This document shows positions 58,652-64,000 of a stretch of DNA of 64,000 nt, piece after piece (within the stretch, counting starts at the first letter, position 1; each line of letters begins with the position of its first letter). Below the pieces are notes generated by a model. The model did not search any database. It was not told where the DNA came from and saw only the letters and a list, made by a program, of their open reading frames with translations. The stretch spans positions 1-64,000 of the forward strand of contig JBFPLN010000003.1 of NCBI GenBank assembly GCA_051971635.1, written 5' to 3'. The translations under genes were made by a program, and so were the position numbers. The stretch is from Candidatus Atelocyanobacterium thalassae. Its GTDB lineage: Bacteria; Cyanobacteriota; Cyanobacteriia; Cyanobacteriales; Microcystaceae.

Positions 58652-59134
58652 TTAACCATTATAGCTGTAGTATAGTTGAAGATCTTGGGCAACGTTAATA
58701 GGTACAAGGTGAGAAATACAGCCACCAAATTGAGCAATTTCTTTAACTGTACTACTACTTAAAAAACTATATTCTTTATTAGTCGCTAAGAAGACAGTCT
58801 CTAGTTCTTTAGCGAGGGTCTTGTTTGTGTGTGCCATTTGTAATTCTTTTTCAAAATCAGAAAGAACTCTTAAACCTCTTAACAAAACTTTAGCTTGGTG
58901 AACTTTTGCACAATCTACAGTCAGTCCTGTAAAGCTATCTACCTCAATTCTAGATAGATGTCTAGTACACTGACTAATTTGTTGTACCCTTTTCTCTACA
59001 GAAAATAAAGAATGTTTACTAGGATTGCATAAAACTGCAACAATCACTTTTTCAAACAAAATAACTCCTCGTTCAATAATGTCGAGATGACCGAAGGTAA
59101 TAGGATCAAAACTTCCTGGATAAATAGCTATCAT
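58652..59134 (-). CDS. coaD: Phosphopantetheine adenylyltransferase
   Basis: [27 protein letters not shown]. Confidence 0.97.
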   Translation of the reverse strand: MIAIYPGSFDPITFGHLDIIERGVILFEKVIVAVLCNPSKHSLFSVEKRVQQISQCTRHLSRIEVDSFTGLTVDCAKVHQAKVLLRGLRVLSDFEKELQMAHTNKTLAKELETVFLATNKEYSFLSSSTVKEIAQFGGCISHLVPINVAQDLQLYYSYNG

Positions 59135-59322
59135 AATCTTATTGAATTGGAATGAAATTATAAATTAAACTATTGATGATAGTTATACTAAGATAATATA
59201 TTATCTATTACTTAGTATTGTTCTCGTAAAATGCATATAATATGTCCTATTGAGTCAAAAATTGCTGTAGAGTAACTGATATAGATGATACAAAAAATGG
59301 TTGAGACTACAGACAGTAAAAC

Positions 59323-60252
59323 ATGGTGATGACAGGTAAAGATCATGTGACGCAGTTCGAAACATCTCGTTTCGATCTAGTGTCTTATCTTAAAGAGAAA
59401 AAACAATTAGTTGAAGCTGCTCTAGACGCTTCTATCCCTATTACTTGTCCTGAAAAAATCTACGAAGCAATGCGCTATTCTCTTCTTGCAGGAGGGAAAA
59501 GGTTGCGCCCTATTCTATGCTTAACTACTTGTGAGCTTATGGGGGGAACAGTTAAGATGGCACTTCCAACAGCTTGTGCTTTAGAAATGATTCATACTAT
59601 GTCTCTTATCCACGATGATCTTCCTGCTATGGATAATGATGATTATCGTCGAGGACAACTAACAAATCACAAGGTTTATGGAGAAGACATAGCTATACTT
59701 GCAGGTGATGCCTTGTTGTCATATGCTTTTGAGCATGTTGCTACTCAAACTTGTAATGTTTCTTTAATAAACTTAGTAGATGTTATAGCTCGTCTAGGTC
59801 GTACTGTTGGAGCGGAAGGATTGGTTGGAGGTCAAGTTTTAGACTTAGAATCTGAAGGTAAGTCTGATATAACATTAGATACTTTAAAATTTATCCATGT
59901 TCATAAAACAGGTGCTTTACTAGAAACTTCAGTAGTATCTGGAGCAATTTTAGCAGGAGCTAACCTAGAAGATATAGAGCGCCTTTCTCATTATGCACAG
60001 AATATTGGCTTAGCTTTTCAAATTATTGATGACATATTGGATATAACTTCTACTCAAGCAGAATTAGGAAAAACTGCTGGAAAAGATAAACAGGCTCAAA
60101 AAGCTACTTATCCAAGCCTGTGGGGTTTAGAAGAGTCGCAAAAACAAGCTCAAATTCTAATAGAAGACGCAATAGCTCAGCTAGCTCCTTATGGTAAGGA
60201 AGCATATCCTCTAGAAGCTATTGCTAGATTTATCGTTTCTCGCAAAAATTAA
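59323..60252 (+). CDS. crtE: Geranylgeranyl diphosphate synthase
   Basis: [37 protein letters not shown]. Confidence 0.95.
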   Translation: MVMTGKDHVTQFETSRFDLVSYLKEKKQLVEAALDASIPITCPEKIYEAMRYSLLAGGKRLRPILCLTTCELMGGTVKMALPTACALEMIHTMSLIHDDLPAMDNDDYRRGQLTNHKVYGEDIAILAGDALLSYAFEHVATQTCNVSLINLVDVIARLGRTVGAEGLVGGQVLDLESEGKSDITLDTLKFIHVHKTGALLETSVVSGAILAGANLEDIERLSHYAQNIGLAFQIIDDILDITSTQAELGKTAGKDKQAQKATYPSLWGLEESQKQAQILIEDAIAQLAPYGKEAYPLEAIARFIVSRKN

Positions 60253-60270
60253 AATTCTTAGCTATTAATT

Positions 60271-60729
60271 ATGCAGGATTTTGAAACAATTATTCACAAC
60301 AAAATACTGTTGGTATCTTTATTAGCTTGTTTTTCTGCCCAAGGATTAAAATTTTTTATTGAGTTAATTTATAATCGAAAAATTAATTTTAATTCTTTAA
60401 TTAGTACAGGTGGAATGCCGAGTGCACACTCGGCATTAGTGGGATCACTAGCTACCAGTATTGGATTAACTGAAGGTTGGGAAAGTTCTGAATTTGCCAT
60501 TACTTGCCTATTCGCTATTGTTGTTATGTATGATGCAACTGGTATACGTCAAGCAGCTGGTAAACAAGCTCAAATCCTTAACCAATTAATTGATTCATTT
60601 CGAGACAATATTTTTTACCTGAATACAGAAGAACGATTAAAAGAATTGCTAGGACATACACCAGTTCAAGTACTAGTAGGCTTAAGCTGGGGAATATGGA
60701 TTTCAGTATTAGCAATAACAGTATTTTAG
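60271..60729 (+). CDS. Divergent PAP2 (DUF212) family protein
   Basis: GGMPSAHS, MYDA.G.R..AG, LKELLGHTP; conserved position after crtE. Confidence 0.9.
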   Translation: MQDFETIIHNKILLVSLLACFSAQGLKFFIELIYNRKINFNSLISTGGMPSAHSALVGSLATSIGLTEGWESSEFAITCLFAIVVMYDATGIRQAAGKQAQILNQLIDSFRDNIFYLNTEERLKELLGHTPVQVLVGLSWGIWISVLAITVF

Positions 60730-61395
60730 TTTTTTAAATATGTAAATATTATTAAGTAAACATTATGTTGTCCTACAAAAAGTGCAAATTCAAGAGTATT
60801 TTTACTATCATGGTGGATATATATCGCATTGAAATTGATCAAAAATTAGTGATAGATTGTGAATTTTCTATGTTTAAAGAATATTTACTTAACACAATTG
60901 GATCGATAAATAGAAAATTTTGTTAACGTATGAATATAAAGCTCTAATTCTTTGTCTGCTAAAAGTAAAAGTATTATTTATTGTCGAACAGCCTAAAATG
61001 GATAAACATTTTATTTAGACATAACGTCCTTTTACAGTAGCTAAGATTTGAACTCTTGTTCTAAATTTTTAACTTCAATCAAAGCTGTTCTAAGTAAAAA
61101 TAAGCAGAATTTTGGTGCAGTTAAAGCAAAAATTGTTCTCGAACCTTTGTATTCGAGGCTAAAATTAGGTGAATATTCAGTTCTCCTATTAGAAATTATG
61201 TGATTTGGATAATAATTAAATAAGCACAACTATTAAAATAGGTGCTATTTTGATTAAAAAGAATCCCATGTATCTGGTCTCGTTTCAGAAGGTTAAATTT
61301 ATTCTAAAATGGTTGACCTAGACTTGTTTACTTAAACCAACTGTAATTTACCTTTATCTTCTAATTTTATATAGAAGAAGCGAGAGGAAAACGCC

Positions 61396-62661
61396 ATGAC
61401 GCAGGCTAACGACCTATTAACCCTTACTGAATCTCAGATGGAAGTAACGTTCTTTATTGATGAAGATATAAATGAAACAAATAGTGATTCTATTAACAGT
61501 ATCACTACCGAGCCAGATGGTAAAAAAACGCGAAAGATTAGTGCTTCTCGTCGTCGAGATCCTAGTAAAAAAAAGCCTTATACAGAGGATTCAATTCGGG
61601 TTTATTTGCAAGAAATAGGTCGTATTCGACTCTTGCGTGCTGAAGAGGAGATCGAGCTAGCTCGTAAAATAGCTGATTTATTACAACTTGAACGTATTAA
61701 AGAAGCTTTATGGGAAGAACTAGATCAGGTTCCTAATGATGAACAATGGGCTAAAAGAATTTTTCAATGGGAAAATATTGAACAAATAATTCGCACTCAA
61801 TCTTCTAAAGATAAGGAGCCAAAATGGTCTGAAGTAACTAATATGTTACAAGAAAAGAAAACAATTTCTAATTTAGAAAAAATATGGGAATTAGAACAAA
61901 AAGCTTATCTTCCTAAATTTAAACGTCGTTTATATTTAGGACGCAAAGCTAAAGACAAAATGGTTCATTCCAATCTCCGTTTAGTTGTCTCTATAGCTAA
62001 AAAATATATGAACCGTGGTCTTTCCTTCCAAGATCTAATTCAAGAAGGTTCTTTAGGTTTAATTAGAGCAGCTGAAAAATTTGATCATGAAAAAGGTTAT
62101 AAATTTTCTACCTACGCAACTTGGTGGATTCGTCAAGCTATTACAAGAGCCATAGCTGATCAATCAAGAACTATTCGTCTTCCTGTTCATCTATATGAAA
62201 CCATTTCTCGTATTAAAAAAACCACTAAGCTCTTATCTCAAGAAATGCGTCGTAAACCAACTGAAGAAGAAATTGCTACTAGAATGGAAATGACTATTGA
62301 AAAATTGCGTTTCATTGCTAAATCAGCACAGTTACCAATTTCTTTAGAAACTCCTATAGGGAAAGAAGAAGATTCTCGATTAGGTGATTTTATTGAAGCA
62401 GATGGAGAAACTCCAGAAGATGAAGTTGCTAAAAATCTTCTTCGGGAAGACTTAGAAAACGTCCTAGATACCCTTAGTCCAAGAGAAAGAGATGTTTTAC
62501 GGCTTAGATACGGATTAGATGATGGAAGAATGAAGACTTTAGAAGAAATTGGTCAAATTTTTAACGTTACTCGTGAACGTATTCGACAAATAGAAGCTAA
62601 AGCTCTAAGAAAACTTAGACATCCTAATCGTAATAGTGTTCTTAAAGAATATATTCGTTGA
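61396..62661 (+). CDS. sigA: Primary RNA polymerase sigma factor
   Basis: [62 protein letters not shown]. Confidence 0.97.
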   Translation: MTQANDLLTLTESQMEVTFFIDEDINETNSDSINSITTEPDGKKTRKISASRRRDPSKKKPYTEDSIRVYLQEIGRIRLLRAEEEIELARKIADLLQLERIKEALWEELDQVPNDEQWAKRIFQWENIEQIIRTQSSKDKEPKWSEVTNMLQEKKTISNLEKIWELEQKAYLPKFKRRLYLGRKAKDKMVHSNLRLVVSIAKKYMNRGLSFQDLIQEGSLGLIRAAEKFDHEKGYKFSTYATWWIRQAITRAIADQSRTIRLPVHLYETISRIKKTTKLLSQEMRRKPTEEEIATRMEMTIEKLRFIAKSAQLPISLETPIGKEEDSRLGDFIEADGETPEDEVAKNLLREDLENVLDTLSPRERDVLRLRYGLDDGRMKTLEEIGQIFNVTRERIRQIEAKALRKLRHPNRNSVLKEYIR

Positions 62662-62718
62662 GGTTTATTTTGGAGATATTCTATATAGGTAAGCATCAAG
62701 ATTGCTTATAAAGATAAA

Positions 62719-62755
62719 TAGGCAACAAATACTAAATATAAATTCTTGTTGCCTA
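62719..62755 (+). terminator. Hairpin downstream of sigA
   Basis: TAGGCAACAA...TTGTTGCCTA 10-bp stem. Confidence 0.55.
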
Positions 62756-62961
62756 AATTATCTAATTAACAAGTTCCTAAAATAATTAGTCATGAGAAGA
62801 AAAAATAATGATAAATATCAATCTTTAGTATCTCTTGGATATAGCTTTAGAAACTGAATTTATTAGATATAAAGCTCAAATAGTTTCAACATAGCTCTTT
62901 TTATAGTAATAAAGACTAAAGATAATATCAAAAAGATTTATTACAATATAAATATAATAAT

Positions 62962-64000
62962 ATGACGACACCACCTGATTTTTCTTCTAATTCATCTTTG
63001 GATACTAATGATCAGGAAGTTCCACCTTCCCTATTATCAAGTTTTAAGTATAAAAAACTATCAAATCTAAGCTCTATATCTTTCCAAGAATCAAAGAAAC
63101 CCCTATATTTGCAAGAAGTTCAGTCTTCTAACCTTTGGTTATTTTTTATAATGCTTGGTTTGATGGCTGCTGGATTAGCATTTAACTTACCTTTCATAGG
63201 ATTAACTAGTGCTTTAATAGCATTATTTCTATCTTTACGCTCAATGCTTCCCTGTCTCTATAATTGGTTTATTAGATATCTTAATTCTAAAGAAAGAGAT
63301 ATTATAATTAGCCTTATTGTTTTTATTTTATCTTTGGCAGGTATATTTTATTATATTGGTATTTATCAAACTATTGGAAACTGGTTAGATCAATTTAAAT
63401 ATGATGAATTTGGCTCTTGGGCTGAATGGGTTGGAGCCTTAGGACAAATAATGATTGCTATATTAGCTGTTTACGTTGCTTGGGCTCAATATGTAATTTC
63501 TAAAGATTTAACTTTACAACAAAATAGAATTACTCAACAACAAACTATTGATACTTACTTTCAAGGTATTTCTGATTTAGTATTAGATGGAGAGGGAATG
63601 TTAGAAGATTGGCCTCAAGAACGCTCCATAGCAGAAGGGAGAACTGCCGCAATCTTAAGTAGTGTAGATAAAATTGGAAAAACAAAAATTTTAAAGTTTC
63701 TTTCTCAATCTAGACTTTTAACCCCACTTATGAGGGATAGTCGTTTAGGAAGACCAATTTTGGATGGTTCTGGTGGTTATGCTGAGGATCGTGAAAATGG
63801 AATTCGTGTTATTAATTTAGGTGTGATGCTAGCAGAAATTGATTTGTCGGATCAAGATTTAAGATGGACAGATTTAAGCGAGGCTAATATGGTACGTGTA
63901 GATTTAAGTCGTTGTGATCTAGTAAAAGCAAATTTATCTCGTACAATATTGTATGATGCTAATCTTCAAGAAGCTGATCTTAAAAATACTCGTTTGTTTT
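62962..64000 (+). CDS. Membrane protein with C-terminal pentapeptide repeats; runs off the window
   Basis: Not in the ORF track; open from ATG 62962: MTTPPDF...TMs...WAEWVGALGQ...QQTIDTYFQGISDL...DLRWTDLSEANMVRVDLSRCDLVKANLSRTILYDANL. Confidence 0.88.
   Translation, partial: MTTPPDFSSNSSLDTNDQEVPPSLLSSFKYKKLSNLSSISFQESKKPLYLQEVQSSNLWLFFIMLGLMAAGLAFNLPFIGLTSALIALFLSLRSMLPCLYNWFIRYLNSKERDIIISLIVFILSLAGIFYYIGIYQTIGNWLDQFKYDEFGSWAEWVGALGQIMIAILAVYVAWAQYVISKDLTLQQNRITQQQTIDTYFQGISDLVLDGEGMLEDWPQERSIAEGRTAAILSSVDKIGKTKILKFLSQSRLLTPLMRDSRLGRPILDGSGGYAEDRENGIRVINLGVMLAEIDLSDQDLRWTDLSEANMVRVDLSRCDLVKANLSRTILYDANLQEADLKNTRLF

Noticed and set aside
61041..61229. 62-aa minus-strand ORF upstream of sigA
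   Set aside because: No SD or motif; more likely antisense to the sigA leader
61740..61920. Apparent insertion in the SigA non-conserved region
   Set aside because: Total length (421 aa) is in the range I recall for Chroococcales SigA; no intein motifs

Overview
A very AT-rich, gene-dense stretch of a unicellular N2-fixing cyanobacterial chromosome. It holds ycf3, ndhCKJ, hupSL, modA, hpnH and patD-rsh, has broken ancestral operons and almost no HIP1 sites, and shows no IS, phage or CRISPR elements. This best fits the reduced haptophyte symbiont/nitroplast UCYN-A (Ca. Atelocyanobacterium); that assignment is an inference, not a database match. There are about 48 mostly housekeeping CDS plus the SRP RNA gene (ffs). 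I found no convincing new multi-gene system. The best leads are: (1) a compositionally foreign NitT/TauT-type ABC ATPase at the left edge, where rnhB normally follows rne; (2) several long, near-perfect AT-rich inverted repeats (16-34 bp stems, no U-tract) between co-directional genes, resembling plastid 3' processing/stability hairpins; (3) a probable ATT start codon for the STAS anti-sigma antagonist; (4) a Rieske oxygenase of unknown substrate just upstream of hupSL; (5) retention of patD and other unknown-function genes in a minimal genome.
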